DNA of 64,000 nucleotides from Lingula anatina (GCA_051362555.1 CM120641.1:35222401-35286400), one strand, 5' to 3'. Counted from the stretch's first letter, positions 13,221 to 27,100 are shown. Numbers and translations: made by a program. The notes: generated from the letters alone by a model not told the origin.

Positions 13221-16200
13221 ATGGAACTAGATAACGATGATTTCGATGTTGACCTAAGCGTAAGTCGTGGAAATAGTAAACACTCGAATTTTTTAATCCA
13301 CCCCATAGAAATACAATGTGAAAATTTACAATGTACCTGCAGTCAATAACTTGCCGCGTTTTCGTTGGCTAACTCTACCTTATTTTATGTGAACATAGGA
13401 TTGATACATTGTATACTTGGACTTCCTCTGTGAAATTATTATGAGCTACTTGTTCACATAAAATTACCTTAGAGTTAGCCAACGAAAACGCGGCAAGTTA
13501 TTGACTGCGGGTGTAAATTGAAGATTCTAACATTGTATTTCAATGGGCTGGATTAAACGTGATTAAAACTACTAAAAAGTTCACAGGTAATTACAAAAGC
13601 ATTTTATTTCAACAGCTTTGATATAGATGAACAAGAAAATGTAAAAAACTGTTTGAAAAGTGAAAGTTACAGAAAGTTACAGGGTGGAGGGGTATACTAC
13701 AAAAGTACCAATTTTCGATTTTTTAGGCGTCTGCTAGTACACGTAGTGTATATGCTACATGGCTACAATGCTCTTCATTTTGTGGGACCAGTGGGTTGTC
13801 ATTGCAAGTGTTTTCACCAATGGAATGCCTGACGTAATTACATGGGGAAATCTACATTGAATTCTCATCTTTTATTAATTGAAAGTTACAAGTTTTAATC
13901 CACATATTTTGTCTTGCCTCTTGGATATAAAAATGATGGTTACTCCTCGTTCAAGTCGTAATTGCGCTAAGTGCAATTATTTATTACAAATATCTTTAGA
14001 AAGATAAATGTATTACTCCTTTTTGCAATAATACAGCAGCATGCCAAGTGATGTTGACTCTCTACACCTTGACTCAAGAGTCTTCAGTCATCTTGAGGTT
14101 GTGAGTGATATCAGTAAATATTTTTAGAAGTGTAGACACATGATATATCCAAGTAAGTCTGTCTGTTTGAATGGAAGGGAAAAAAAATAAAAATGACATT
14201 TGTCTATAATTTTGTAGATTGCTGTGATATCATATTTGGTATCTAAAGATAGAAGTGAGAGTGATTTTACACCATGGATGGAAGAAGCAAAAGAACAAAT
14301 TTATAATGCAGGTAATAATTGTAAGACAAAAGGAGTTAAATATGCTGATATAATGTTGTTGTGCATGCTGAGAGCTCAAAGTCTAATGGAAACTGCCGAC
14401 TTGGTGACACCTTATCATGCTAGTCTCGTTTGAGATGCTTAAGACTTGATAGGTATACTGTACAATTGTGTTTATCCTTAAAGGCTGTACATCCAATATA
14501 AACAACATTGTAACATTGGGTTCATATCTATCTGAACTAAAACAGAGCATGTCTAACTGATATCACTCCTGTGGTGAGTGTAATTTCATACCCTAAGATG
14601 CAATCATGAATGATATGTTAATATGTTTGTCAGTGATTTCAGTTAAACACTTTTGGTTAAAGTTGTTAAAATGTCTAGACATTCAAAATGATGTACGTGT
14701 TGATAAAGAAAAGGCAAATAACTGAAAGCTTCCTTATTTTAGTTAAGAAATTTTCTGACAAATATTTGATTTTGATATTTAATGACTCATTGTTTATATC
14801 AGCATAAGATTATTTACGTAAATTAACTTACACAACAGGTACAGGTACTTACAGGTAAGTAAGAATGGTTCTAAAATTTAATGTGCTCTCTCCCTTTATG
14901 AACATTCACTTTATCTCAGGATTGTGTGGTTTGTGTTATTTTAGGTTTAAAGAAAGATTTTTCACATAGTGCACCTGTTGTGCCTGGTTTGCTGAGACTG
15001 TTAAAAGACTGTCTGCTGACTCACAGATGGGAAGATGCACTACGGGTTGTACAAAGTGTAACCAAGGAGCACTCTGGAACTGCATCAGCTATATGGAAGG
15101 TGAGTTGGTTGCTAGGACAGAACTGATTTAAACTGAATTTTAGGTGCCCATTTTACCTATTTGAAAAATTTAAGACCATCCACCAGTATCATTTCTGAGA
15201 TCAGAGAACTTTTTGTTCATCTCTAAATACTAATATAAGTAATATAATTACTTCTAATGAATAGTGGACTTACTGGTTGGCTTTGATATTTTCTGTGCTG
15301 TTTGTAATAATTGATAAATAATGTTAATTCAAACTAGTGAACTTCTGACAAAATGTACAAAGTATAATCATCTAGACACATGATTGAAGAATGGTTTGAA
15401 AACATTTTAGTATAAAGCATGACATTTCAATTCCATTTTAGGGTGGCAGTGAAATCCTGTATGCTGATGGAGAAAGTAATTCTCATTTACTAGAACTACT
15501 TGTTAAGTAAGTTTCTGTTTTTTATTTTCAGACAAGATATCTGTTTACTCTGTTACTACAGTATGGCAGATATCTGAAATATTACAAACAAAATAACCTG
15601 ATTTATACTAAATTTCAGTTTGCAATGAGTAGGAGTAAAAAAAGGTCTTATTTGTGAATATTATTGGTTCTGTTTTAGTTAAAAGTAAAAAAAGTGAATT
15701 TTATGGTAAAGAATAAGATTTTCATTATTTTTCTCTTATTATTTTGTTTTAGTCAGTTGAAGAATCTAACCTCTGAATACAACTACAAGGGTGTGATTCT
15801 AGAGTATGTGTTCTACCTACTGCACCAGGAAAGGACAGCTGAGGCATTGGAGCAGATGAAGGTGTGCTTTTATAAAAAACAAAAAAAAATATATATATAT
15901 ATATAGAAGAGACATATAAATTGAATAACCATATGACTCACAAGAAAAAAAAAAACAAATGTTTTTCCCCAAATGCGTTTCTGTGAAAACTTGAAAAGTG
16001 TGATTAGAACATTTAAAACTGAGATAGGTCCATGTCATGATTTTTTTGTGTAACTGCAAATGAGAAATCTTGAATGTATGGGATATAATAAAATGGAATA
16101 TTGTCTTTGAAGTTTTTGAGCAATCATCATAATTATGCTTTTGTTAAACAATTAATACCTTCTTTAGATAATGGACATGTCATATTAGTGCATGATCCTC

Positions 16201-19200
16201 AAACATTTGGTTTTGCAGTCATAATTCTGACATGGGAATATATTATAAAAATAAAATGTAATAAGTTTTAACAGATCACAAATAGGGAAAAATGTAATCA
16301 TGTCTTGTTTATATTTGTTAGTTTTATTTCATTTTAATCAATTCATTTTTAGTTTAAAAGTATTACCAGAGGCCTCAAGAAGAGCCCAACTGATCAAAGC
16401 AGGTACCTTGACCTGCAGTACACTTTGTATCAGGGCATGGTGTACTACACCTTGTGGTTGCAGGCAAAGCAACATATGGAGAAGCTGAAGGAGAAGGAGG
16501 ATGGTGAGTAAGGTATTGTTATAGTGTTTGTGTACCTGTCCTGAGGATGATTGTGACTTGAGAGAAAGCAGAGTTGATTTCCCTTGTTTTGAAAAATGGG
16601 ATGATTTGCATTATACATTATTAAAGGTGATCTTGATGAAGTTCAAATTTGTCAGTTTTTTTTCTAACAATTTGTCACTGAAACCTTGTAAAAAGGAGGA
16701 CATTTTACATTTGGTTTTCTTTGAAAGAAAAACACTTTTTACGATATATTTCCCTGATCTGTTTATTTGAAAGGTGACCCATTGCTTCATGCATCAACAT
16801 TGACATGGGATGAAGAATATTTGCAAAGTCATGCAACCAGAGCCATTGAAGCTTTTAAAAATGTAGAAACACAATATGGGGTGTGGGATATCTTTGTGAC
16901 TAAATACGTTGAGGTAAAGTGAAATTTTTCATCTTAAAGTTGGTATTACACCTGGCAGTAGGTGAATTAAGTACCTTCCCATACATACATTTAATGCTTT
17001 GAAATTGTCTATATTAGTTATAGGACTGAGTATGTTCTTTGGACATTGCAGTTACATATATTATTTTCATTACTTACAATATATATTTAGAATTTAAGTC
17101 TCATGGACCTGAGTAACCTCTTCATTTGCACCATAATGGATAGCAGTCTTAATCATAATAACAGATTTTTAATTTTTCTCTTATGAATATACATAATTCA
17201 GCATGAGTCTGTCTTTTTGCAGTTGCTAGAGTTTACAGAGAAGACTGAAGATGCATATCAAGTTTTGAAAGTTTATAGAGATCACCATGATGAGAACCCC
17301 AATGCACATAAAATGCTATACAAATTCATGAAAAGGCAAAATGCAAATAGAGGAGATAAACTCAAGGTTCTTCAGGTATCCGTTACTTTGCCATGAATTA
17401 GATAACAAAATACAATCGAAGTTAATTGGTTTTGAGGTAGAAGTTTGTAAATACTGTTTCATTTGCACCAACAATACATAGTTCTTTTGAGAAAACATAA
17501 GCAACCTCCGTTTGCGCTATCACAAGCCTTTTTACAGATCATTGCAGTTTGTGCCAGAAAAGGTATACTAAGAGATACATACTTTTCTAGGTCATAATGT
17601 GCTTTAATTTTTAGGAGGTTCACAAAGAGTTGACTGATTATAATGATAAAATAAATCATATTTGATATAAATATGATGTGATATATAGATATTGATATGT
17701 TTTACATTATTTAGGATTATGTTAAGCTGGTGCCTTCAGATGAATTGGTGCTTGAACTGTGTGATTTGCTGGAAGAAAATGCAACTGATGCTGAAGGTAT
17801 ATTTTTAGGAAGTGTAATTTATGCTTTGATGAAAGTTATTGTAATTTATATCTGATATCCCACTGAGGTAGAAGAAGAAAGAGATTTAATAGTAATAATG
17901 TTAAGTAAGTGTAAAGAGCAATGATACATGTATGATGATGGACTTCTCTATACTAGTATATGACAACAGACAAATTACATATATTTACCTTTAATGCCAT
18001 TAACAGCATCCCTCTCATAAAATTTTACTGTTTACAAATAAATTGTTAAGCATTGGTGTGTTTCATATTTTTTATTTGTCTAGATAATTTATTGACAGGT
18101 GATCTCATACGAAAGGTGCTTCAGCTGCTTTTTAACATGCTTGACTATGCTTGTTGGCAGAACTTTGAGCCACCTTGGAAAAAGTTAGAGACACTATTGG
18201 AAAAACTGGGGTAAGACAATAGATGAAAAGCCTTACTTAAGTTAAACTTAAAGTTGTTGCCAAAGCTCCATGTATTGCTTTACCTGAAAGCAAAATATAA
18301 ACATGTAGTACATCTGAATTTTAAGTGAATGAAGAGTTCGTTCATGAGTGCTGGAAGATTTTTTGAAGGTTGTCATTTAGATAAAGGACCAAGCAAATGT
18401 TGTCATTTAGATGAAGGACCAAGCAAATGTTGTCATTTAGATGAAGGACCAAGCAAATGTATTTTCATTTTTATTTCAGCAAACTGTCACTACAACTTCA
18501 GTAGACTGTGAGAACATTACACATTGTAGAATCAATAGTCTCGGATGTTTTTTTACTTCCCAGAAAAGATGACATTCCCAGTGTAGAAAAAGTTTGGAGT
18601 CCTAGGCATGACTGGTGGCCTGCATATCATTTCACATCTTCCATGATACAAACAGCAGACCAAAACTTGCTAGTGTGCAAAATGAAAGTTGCCCATCTCC
18701 TGCTTGGGGCAGGTAATTACATAATGAAAATTCGTCAAATGCCTGTTACCTATGCATTATATATTTGTTGAATGTATAAACTTTTCCGTAAGATATTTTT
18801 GCTCAAAGGGTTTTATGTCTTGAGTTTTCTTTCCTCTGAAACTTGCTGTATTAAATAATTCTCTTTTTTTGGTTATCAAGCAGACTCACTTTAGTACTAG
18901 TTAAAAGAGTCGTCCACTGTATGCTACATTAAAGAGCGTAATTATATCAAGGCGCAGCAGAGAGATTATTTGCTCTTGTATGTCACATACAGTGGATGGT
19001 GAGTAGTTGTAACCGACTTATACCACGGTTGGCATTTCGCACAATAGGGTGAACGCACTGAATCGTATGAAAATACAGGCAAGCCTGTATGCGAAATACA
19101 TGTACAAGTGCTATTATCCTATTGTTCAAAGCACCAGCTGTGGTATAATACTTGATATGTACTTTTCTGTATATGTAAAACAGTACAAATTTGATTTTAG

Positions 19201-19313
19201 GAAACACTTTTGGTGAAGAAGCAAAGAAGAGTTTGAATGAAGAGAATTTAAGACACATGGAGGAATTTGTATGTCACAGACAGAATCTTGGTATAGTTTT
19301 CCACAAAAGGTGA
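13221..19313 (+). CDS. TAF1A: RNA polymerase I SL1 subunit TAF1A (TAFI48), about 453 aa. Exons 13221-13259 (uncertain), 14218-14311, 14945-15099, 15442-15506, 15753-15861, 16353-16503, 16774-16913, 17223-17375, 17715-17796, 18099-18210, 18564-18712, 19201-19313
   Basis: Motifs colinear with vertebrate TAF1A: KKDFSH, LLTHRWEDA, IWKGGSEILY, YLLHQ, YQGMVYYTLW, GVWDIFVTKYVELLEF, NPNAHKMLYKF, LVPSDELVLE, LFNMLDYA, WSPRHDWWPAYHF, KVAHLLLG. All junctions are GT-AG and in phase. The first and last exons are less certain. Confidence 0.87.
13292..13557. mobile_element. Foldback/MITE-like element with long inverted arms in TAF1A intron 1
   Basis: GCAGTCAATAACTTGCCGCGTTTTCGTTGGCTAACTCTA is the exact reverse complement of TAGAGTTAGCCAACGAAAACGCGGCAAGTTATTGACTGC. 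Imperfect arms extend about 105 bp around a spacer of about 50 bp. Confidence 0.8.
18371..18460 (+). repeat. Minisatellite, 3 x 30 bp
   Basis: TGTCATTTAGATGAAGGACCAAGCAAATGT three times, with one mismatch in the first unit. Confidence 0.95.
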
Positions 19314-20851
19314 CAAATGCTGACTGCAGGAATCGAAATCTACATCAACATTAAATTCACATATATCGTGAGAAATTTGCACAAGAAATGTGCCACAGAT
19401 CATGAACTAATAATCATTTCTATGGAAGATGAACAAGTGACCCCATAGAAAGAGGTGCTACTGCTGAGAATAAAGCAGTTGTTCTCCAAGTTGCAAACTA
19501 CTTGAGGCCTTGTGTAGTGCCAAGTGAAAGTTGGACTTGGGCACTGCAATAAACACGACCCTGGGATTTTCAATTTCATTTAATAATAACAAATCCTTTT
19601 GGGCTGTAGGATGTTGTGAGACATTGGACTTTAAAACATATGATATTTGAAGAAGAATGTACATTTTTAATTTTGTGAGAAAGTGAGATTAAGAGAATCC
19701 AATAAAGGCAAAAAAGAAAGTACACAATTTGTTCTTGGAGTAAAATAACAAACGGTCAAAAGAACCAACCTTGTATCCATCTGTAGGCATCAATTTTCAA
19801 TAACCAACAGGAAATCATGCACTCATTGTCCCAAGAATCACAGTATAAACTTGGGAGTTGTAATATCTTGTTCCATGCACGTTATAATACGAGGTTCTGC
19901 ACAAGAAAAACGTGTAGAGCATTTAGACGTTGGCTTTGATAATGCAGACTTATTATACATGCTTCTAAAGGTCAGAAAATAGTAATTACTTTATGCAGTG
20001 ATCAGTGTGAATAGGATCTATTTTCGTGATTTTCCATCACCTTTTTAAACTTGTCATTAACTTAATATAATACGAAATTTAACTATTTATATTTTTTCAC
20101 TCATAATATGACATTTTGAAAAACATTATTATGGTCTAACTTCAGTATAAAAGAAGACTGATTAAAATGTTATGATCAGCAAAAGATGTATTAAAACTTT
20201 CTTCAAAATAAATCCTCTTTAATGTTTCAAAATAAAAAAAAAATCAACCATCAGCTATGATGTAATGATGTAATAAGTCACGTGATGTAGGTCAGAGGTC
20301 ATGAGTGTGAAGCGGGAAGTGGGGATGCAACGTGGCATGGACTTTTAATTCTGTAATATTTTAATCTTTTATACAAATGTTGTTACAATACCATATCAGC
20401 CATCTCCATAAATGTTTAAGGCAATATATTTTCAGCAAAAAATATTGATCTCTGTACAGTGCTAAAGTCGGTAACAAATGTAGTTCTATGTGTTTTATTT
20501 TCTCACAATAAATGGATGAGATGATAAATATGAGATTATTACTGTTATAATAATTTTTTCGAATACCATTAAATTACCATTTTTGTTGGGTGCCCACTTG
20601 TAAAGTCCAACATAGAAAATGTTATGCAATATTTGCCATTTAACAGCTTAAAAACTGGATAAAGATGATGTATGTATCTATTCCACAACAGACTGGAATT
20701 TTTACTTCACATTCCTTCTAGAATGACATTTACAACTATGAAGCTCAAACAGGACTAAGAAGTCTTCAAGTGCACACCTTCCAGTCACACTTTGCTATAA
20801 AATTCTTTTATCCCTTGGGCACTGTTGGAGTATGTAATACACAGCTTGCTT

Positions 20852-23767
20852 TTATCGTGCCATGATTTGGGCAACATCTGAAAAAATGGTGTATATTGGT
20901 ATTATTGATAGCATTGTATTCCCATGTGTTTAACACTATATGTCTTTACTCTGATGAAAACAGATTAACATATGTTTTTGATAAAGCCACAATGACAAAT
21001 TACACTTTGAAAGGAAATACTACCAACAGAAACCTAGTTATACTTATTACCACTCACTTTCAAATGTTATTTTTTCGGTTATGTTTTTTGTTTTGATGTT
21101 TTCTTCCTGGTTGGCAACAAAAACTGTCTGTCCATTCTCTTCTATTTTCCACCCATATTTTGAGATCCATTGATTTGTCTGTGCATCTGGGTGAAAACAA
21201 AAAAGGATGCCAGTAATTATGAGGAACAGTTAAATACAGAACTAAACATTGGAATAAGCTAAAGAGATGCCATTTTTGAATATGAAAATAAAGCAAATTT
21301 TATAATTTAATAGCACCACGTGATCTGAAAATTCCATGTGTAAAAATTGAATCATTTGTACAAAGGTATAAACCTGCAAGTTTGAGATGATACACATGAT
21401 GCTTATAATAATGGCAAAATTTAAACTTAAATTTTAACTTAATTAATATTCACCAAGAAAATGTATTGTGATAGAATTTGTAATGAATGTAAAATATATT
21501 GATAAACTATAAAGGGAAAAATAGCTAAAACATGATAAAACCATCTGGATTGAGAACGTATATTTTGTATCAATAGCAAGTTCCATGTGCAAATTTTGAA
21601 AAATATACATTTGAATGATCAAAAATTAAAACAGGCCTACATGACACTTACCTGGAATCCCACCCAGTAATTCTGCTAGGTGTTCTTTTTCAATGGTCTG
21701 ATATGTTATTCCAACAACATGGCAAATAACTGAAACAATTTTACAAAAAATAAAAAAGTCACAACTGCAAGGGTTTAGAAAAGAAAATATTATTTCCCTG
21801 GGCACATAAGGGAATAACATTTGATCGAGCCCATCATTCTGATCAGTTGAACCCTAAGCAAGGACAAACTTGTGAAAATGAAATAAGAACTTCCTTATTA
21901 AGGCAAAACTTCATTAAACCTTTTTCCCTTGCACCAATAAACAATTTCCCTTTCATATATGATATGTATATATTATGGCAGAATTCAAAAACTTACATTT
22001 TCTTATGGAATCTTCAAAGCCCTGAATACCAACTATAATGTCAGGATCCTCCTGAAGAACTCTCTATTCAATAATCAAGAAAAGAAAACATGCTATTAAG
22101 TGCACATCCACAACAGAAAACTGAAACATACCAAACCCTTTATGGATGAAAATTTTATGTAAGAAAATAAGGGAAAATGAAAAAGGGAAAAAATACATAT
22201 TTCCAGATGAAGCAATATCATACATTCTAAATAATATTTTGCTACAGATCAATCCTTTTAAGAAATTGACGTTTTAAAATGGAACTTGAAATAATGACGG
22301 CTAAACAATATAAATCTGATCAAATAAATTGCTTCCCTACCCAAAACAGCTTGAACTGACAAGATTCTAACAGGTCTGCTAATTCAATAATCTTTGTCAA
22401 AGGCTTTTCCTCTAGCTGAGGCACATCAAGGAATATAATGTTCCAAAAAATATAAGTAAACAAATGAAAGCAACCATTAAGCAAAAAATCTAGATTTGTG
22501 TGATTGCCAATAACCGTTTACAAGTTCAATAAATGAAGCAATTTATGAAAATAGTTTCATTGGATCTCAGACTTTCTGACTATTAAGCAATTTAATGTCA
22601 ACAAAGCATGCAATATTCTTTACACGTGCATCATAGTCATCATGTCATTATTTTATAAAGAATGAAGTAAACATTTTTGTCATAACTAACAAAAAGTACA
22701 AATGTCATTATAAACTATATTAGTCACACAATTTCACTTCAAGGATACTCTTACACCTTCTATGAGACATTTACATAGAGTGAGATCTGTGTGGGGTAGA
22801 TTGGTCAGAGCTTTTAGGAGAATCTGGGCAGTGACAGTTGTCTGGAAATAATTAGGATTAAACTGGTATCTGAAATTCCAAGTAAAACTAAGTATCAGTT
22901 CAGCAGGATAGCATATCATAAATTTCTCTTAAAATTAAAATCACACAGAATCAAAGTGACATACACTACAAACAGCATCTCAGCTATTTTAGGTAATCAA
23001 ATGGCTAAAAAGGGGTCAATATAAAGTTGTGTAGAAAACAACACAATTAAAATAGGCCAAGGAGCCAAATATTCAAAGACCAAATTATGTCATATTTCAA
23101 AATATGCAATTCAAAAAGAAAAAAAATTACAGTTTCAGCACTGCTAGGTTGGCCTCTAAATCGTATGCATTTTCCATTGCTTGAACTGCTATGTAACGTT
23201 CCAAGGTAGCCAGGTTCTCAGGATTGTACCTGTAATTAAAAATAAATGATAAGCAACTCAATTTATTTACTGTTAAACTTTCTTTCCTTTTCAAGACAGA
23301 TTTTTTTACTAGATTAATGATCCACAAAACCCAGGATTATTAGAACACAGTTTAACATAATGATCAATACAGTGTGTGTCGATCTTTAGGGTGAAAAGTT
23401 GGAATCTCTCTAAATACAAATAGAATAAAACTTTGACATACAACTTGATTATGTGATTACAACACAAACATCTGAACAATTTAAGTAATTTTGACACTGA
23501 ACTCAATTAAAATAGTAAGTTTCTTAAATGTAATTTGGTCATTTTCACTGACATTGGCTTTGGAATTGCCACAATTAGTGTCCATATTGTGAGATGGGAG
23601 ACACTTAAATTCGATTATATAACGGCAAGTGCAGGCCATGGCCAATCTTAAAGGCACATCTATGTACATTCTCACTACTTTATTAAATATGGACGCTAAG
23701 TTAACTGTACTTACCTGTCAATCCCCTTCAAAAGTTCTGCAACATGTGCCCGCATTGCTTCCGCCAT
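20852..23767 (-). CDS. EIF3K: Eukaryotic translation initiation factor 3 subunit K, about 215 aa. Exons 23767-23715, 23229-23131, 22869-22749, 22415-22341, 22063-21997, 21729-21652, 21186-21058, 20877-20852
   Basis: [30 protein letters not shown]...[17 protein letters not shown]...[21 protein letters not shown]...[11 protein letters not shown]...[19 protein letters not shown]...[17 protein letters not shown] is clearly eIF3k. Eight exons join in phase for 648 nt. Confidence 0.97.
22416..22748 (-). other. U12-type (minor spliceosome) GT-AG intron 3 of eIF3k
   Basis: The 5' splice site reads GTATCCTT (22748-22741). The branch point TTCCTTGAT (22433-22425) ends 9 nt before the exon boundary, and there is no polypyrimidine tract. 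Both match the U12 consensus. Confidence 0.88.
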
Positions 23768-24182
23768 TTTGTCGGTCACGTGACTTTCATAGTCCTTCAC
23801 TAACGATATGTCGTGAAAGTGATACTTTGAGTGAGATTATAGTTATATAGCTTTTTAACATAAAACTGTCTAGATCATAACAGGGATGGTATTTATAACA
23901 TCTACTCAACAGCTTTTAAGTATAAATACAAGTACAGCCATGCTAATGTGGTCGTAAAAGCACGTTCTCGCATTTTTGCATGAGAGTTGCTAATGTTTAC
24001 GTGATCTTGACGTCACTTAGTTTATAATATGGCGGATTGAGATTGTCAAATCTGCTAGATATTACATGTTTTGCGTTACAATTTTTCGAACATGTAAGAA
24101 CATCAGAGCTCTTAAATTTAGCAAGTTTGGGAGGATGTTTCGATAACATTCCAACCACAGCATTGCTGTTGTGCAAACCATC
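23761..24182. promoter_or_regulatory. Bidirectional promoter between eIF3k and PPP4R4
   Basis: The divergent ATGs are at 23767 (-) and 24183 (+), about 415 bp apart. The region holds a YY1-type CCGCCATTTT overlapping the eIF3k start, a palindromic E-box GTCACGTGAC (23775-23784) and a full CRE TGACGTCA (24008-24015). Confidence 0.7.
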
Positions 24183-27100
24183 ATGGATATCGAGCCTCTT
24201 GTCGAGGATTTCCAGGAGCTTCAGCTGGATAGAATCGCCCCTGCAACACAATCAGCTATAAATTTGTTGAAGGTAAAAGCTTCAAGGCTACTTTTAAATA
24301 CAGTTTTCTTTTCGTTTCATTTAATTGCAAGGAGTAGAAGCAATATATACATGACATTCGATCTCCTTTTTGATAAATTTTTAATTACTTTTCACCGGAA
24401 AAACTGTATAACTGGCTGCAACCATGACCTCAGAAGTTCGTCTTGAAAAGAGGTTTGTAGGGGCAGAGATGGATATTGCCATTTAGCTGATTTCAGCAAA
24501 TTCAAATTTGTTTTCTGTCTAAGTCTACTTGTTTGGAAATGCATATGTTATTGGCTGTGGCATTAATCTACAGCAACTGGCACTGGATAATTCATGGCAT
24601 TTAAATTGTTAAAACAAACTTGGAGGCAATGCTCTCCAGAAGCCCATGAAAATCTATTTCCAATTTGATAAGAAGTTACATGTTTGAAAAGTTTCAAATG
24701 TTTTATTTATACTTTACCAAAAGTACACAGAACAGAAAAAATTATAAAAGAAATTTGAGGCTCAGATATTTGTTTAAAAAACATTTTAAAAAAGCATCAA
24801 TACTAGTATCTTAACTTATGAAATGCCCCATACAGAGTGTACTTTCTAACAGCATGATTTAGTTTTGCATAGTTAAAATCAGGTAGTGTCTTAATTAAAA
24901 CTGTTGTTAAAAAATGTCACCATTGATTGGAATTATCATGAAAGTTAGATAATTAAGTCAGTGGATTTAATTAGTGAATTGTTGTTTCAAAACCTACCTT
25001 TTTATTGATTTCAGTAACAGAGAGAAATGCATTATTTTTTACATTTTCAGATTTCCATTATATCCTTATAAAAATTAAAATCTCAGAATAAATTCCTTGA
25101 TAGATGTAGCTTCTTACTGTTGTTTATGATAATTTCAGACTGAAGAAGAGCTTGAAAAACTCACTGTAGATGAAAAGCTCAATGATATTGAAAGAGCAGT
25201 GTATCTACTAAGGTAAGCATTTTAAAACATTTTAAGATCTATATGTAGATTGAAATGAAAAGGCTACATTTGGTGAAGTTTTTATTTACCTTCTGTTTTA
25301 TTATTTTTTTTACAGAAATGCAAGTATTTGTGATACTTTTCAGGCACTAGTAAGACTCTTTTATGATAACATAGGCTCTTAGTTTTTTAGAAACATGTAA
25401 GGTAGTTGTTATGTTAATTGAAATAAATTTGAATAAATGTGCTGCAGTCATGAATACAAATAAAGTTTTAAGTGCAAGAAAGTCTGCATGCAGAAGAGTG
25501 TGACACTTAGGCTCTATTCCCATAGATTTTAGATCGATCTATCCCCGCGGGGAGTCTCACTAGATTACTTTCACATAATCCGACTTAAATGTCCGTCCCG
25601 CTACTACAAGCTGTAAGGGGGTAATTAACTTATGTGTCTGCCCGGCTGACAGCTATTTAGCGTGAACCCCCAGGGAGTTAGGTCGATCTTATCTCTGGAA
25701 ATGTGGTGTTAGCAATTCATAATACCAACCGTGGTTTCAGATTTGAAGCAAAAAGTTATCTGTGATGAGGCCTTCTTTATTTTCAAAAAAAAAAAAAAAA
25801 TAAATAAATAAATAAATAAAAATAATAATAAATAAATAAGGGCAAAGGGCAGCAATCTTTTATCACCCTTATTAATTCTTGTTCCTTGATGTCAGTTTTA
25901 CCTTATTTTTTTCCACTGAAAACACATCCAAATTAGTTTTCCAGATTGAAAAAAATTCTCTTGTTTCTACGTACCCCTTTTTTTACCAACCAATAAAATT
26001 AAGATATATCAAATATGACATATTTAAATCACAATATGTCTGTGAAAAACACAATTTATTTTATGTTGAAACAGTTTGCTCCCTAATAGCCACAGAGATG
26101 TATGGCCTATGAGGGTTGCTTTTGACATCCTTTAGTATAAATAAACAAATGATGTTAAATCTTATCATCTGGCTAGCTGACAAAGGTTTCTATTTCACAT
26201 GCATGGTACTCTTAGGGTCTATTCCCACAACTTTAGATCGATCTATCATTGCGGGGAGTCTCACTAGATTTCTGTCAGGTAATCCCCCTTAAGTGTCCGT
26301 CCCCGCCTACTACAAGCTGTAAGGGGTAATTAACTTTTGTGTCCGCCCGGCTGACAGCCATTTAGTGTGAACCCCCAGGGAGTTAGGTCGATCTAAAGTA
26401 GGTCGATCCAATCTATGGAAATGGGGTGTTAGTTTGTGCTTTTTAAAATCTCATTGTAAGGGATAGTAGTAAACATACTTACCAAAATCTGAATCCCTTG
26501 TACAAATACACATTGTATTTTCAAGGTTGAGTGCCTTGTATGGTTGGGTCCTTATGATTGTGATATGTTTATTTATAAAAACTTAACTTAACACTAACAA
26601 AAAATTATTTTGACAATTGTCAGTCACATAACTAATGCAATATGAATTTAGCCTTGAAAAATCCATCAGTTTATTTTTTTCTCAGTTCACACCTTAAAAC
26701 TTCCATGTTATCAAGTTTAAAAAGAAATGGTTGTGTCAACAGAGAGAAATAGATATGCCTTCAGGCTTAAGTAAATTGTTTTTAAGGAATTTTTTATGTG
26801 ACAGCTCTGTTATTGTTTTGCGATTTTCTCCAAGTGGAAAACCACTTTCATTTGTCATTTAAAATCTTTATCAGTTCAGGAAAGTCGGAGTTTACCTGCA
26901 AAAAAGTAGTTTGACAAGTTTAGCTATTAGATTATCAGGAGCACTGTATTTGTTTTTCATGTGTCCCAAAACTTGTACATTCACTTTTTTATTAATGTAT
27001 TACATGTACTTCTAAACCCCTTCTTGCTCTAAAGATGACAAATTGTCCCTCAGGTTTTATAAAGAATATACTATGAAGGTGCTTTGACTTAAGAGTGCTT

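Noticed and set aside
17376-17714. TAF1A intron starting GTATCC, a possible second U12 intron
   Set aside because: The donor reads GTATCCGT rather than GTATCCTT, and there is no TCCTTRAY branch point near the acceptor. CAG|GTAT fits an ordinary U2 site.
18371-18460. 30-bp repeats resembling a CRISPR array
   Set aside because: The units are contiguous with no spacers, lie in a eukaryotic intron, and have no cas genes nearby.
22567-22644. C/D-box snoRNA candidate (ATGATGA...CTGA on the minus strand) in eIF3k intron 3
   Set aside because: No convincing terminal stem or rRNA-complementary guide is visible by eye. snoscan or Rfam would be needed.
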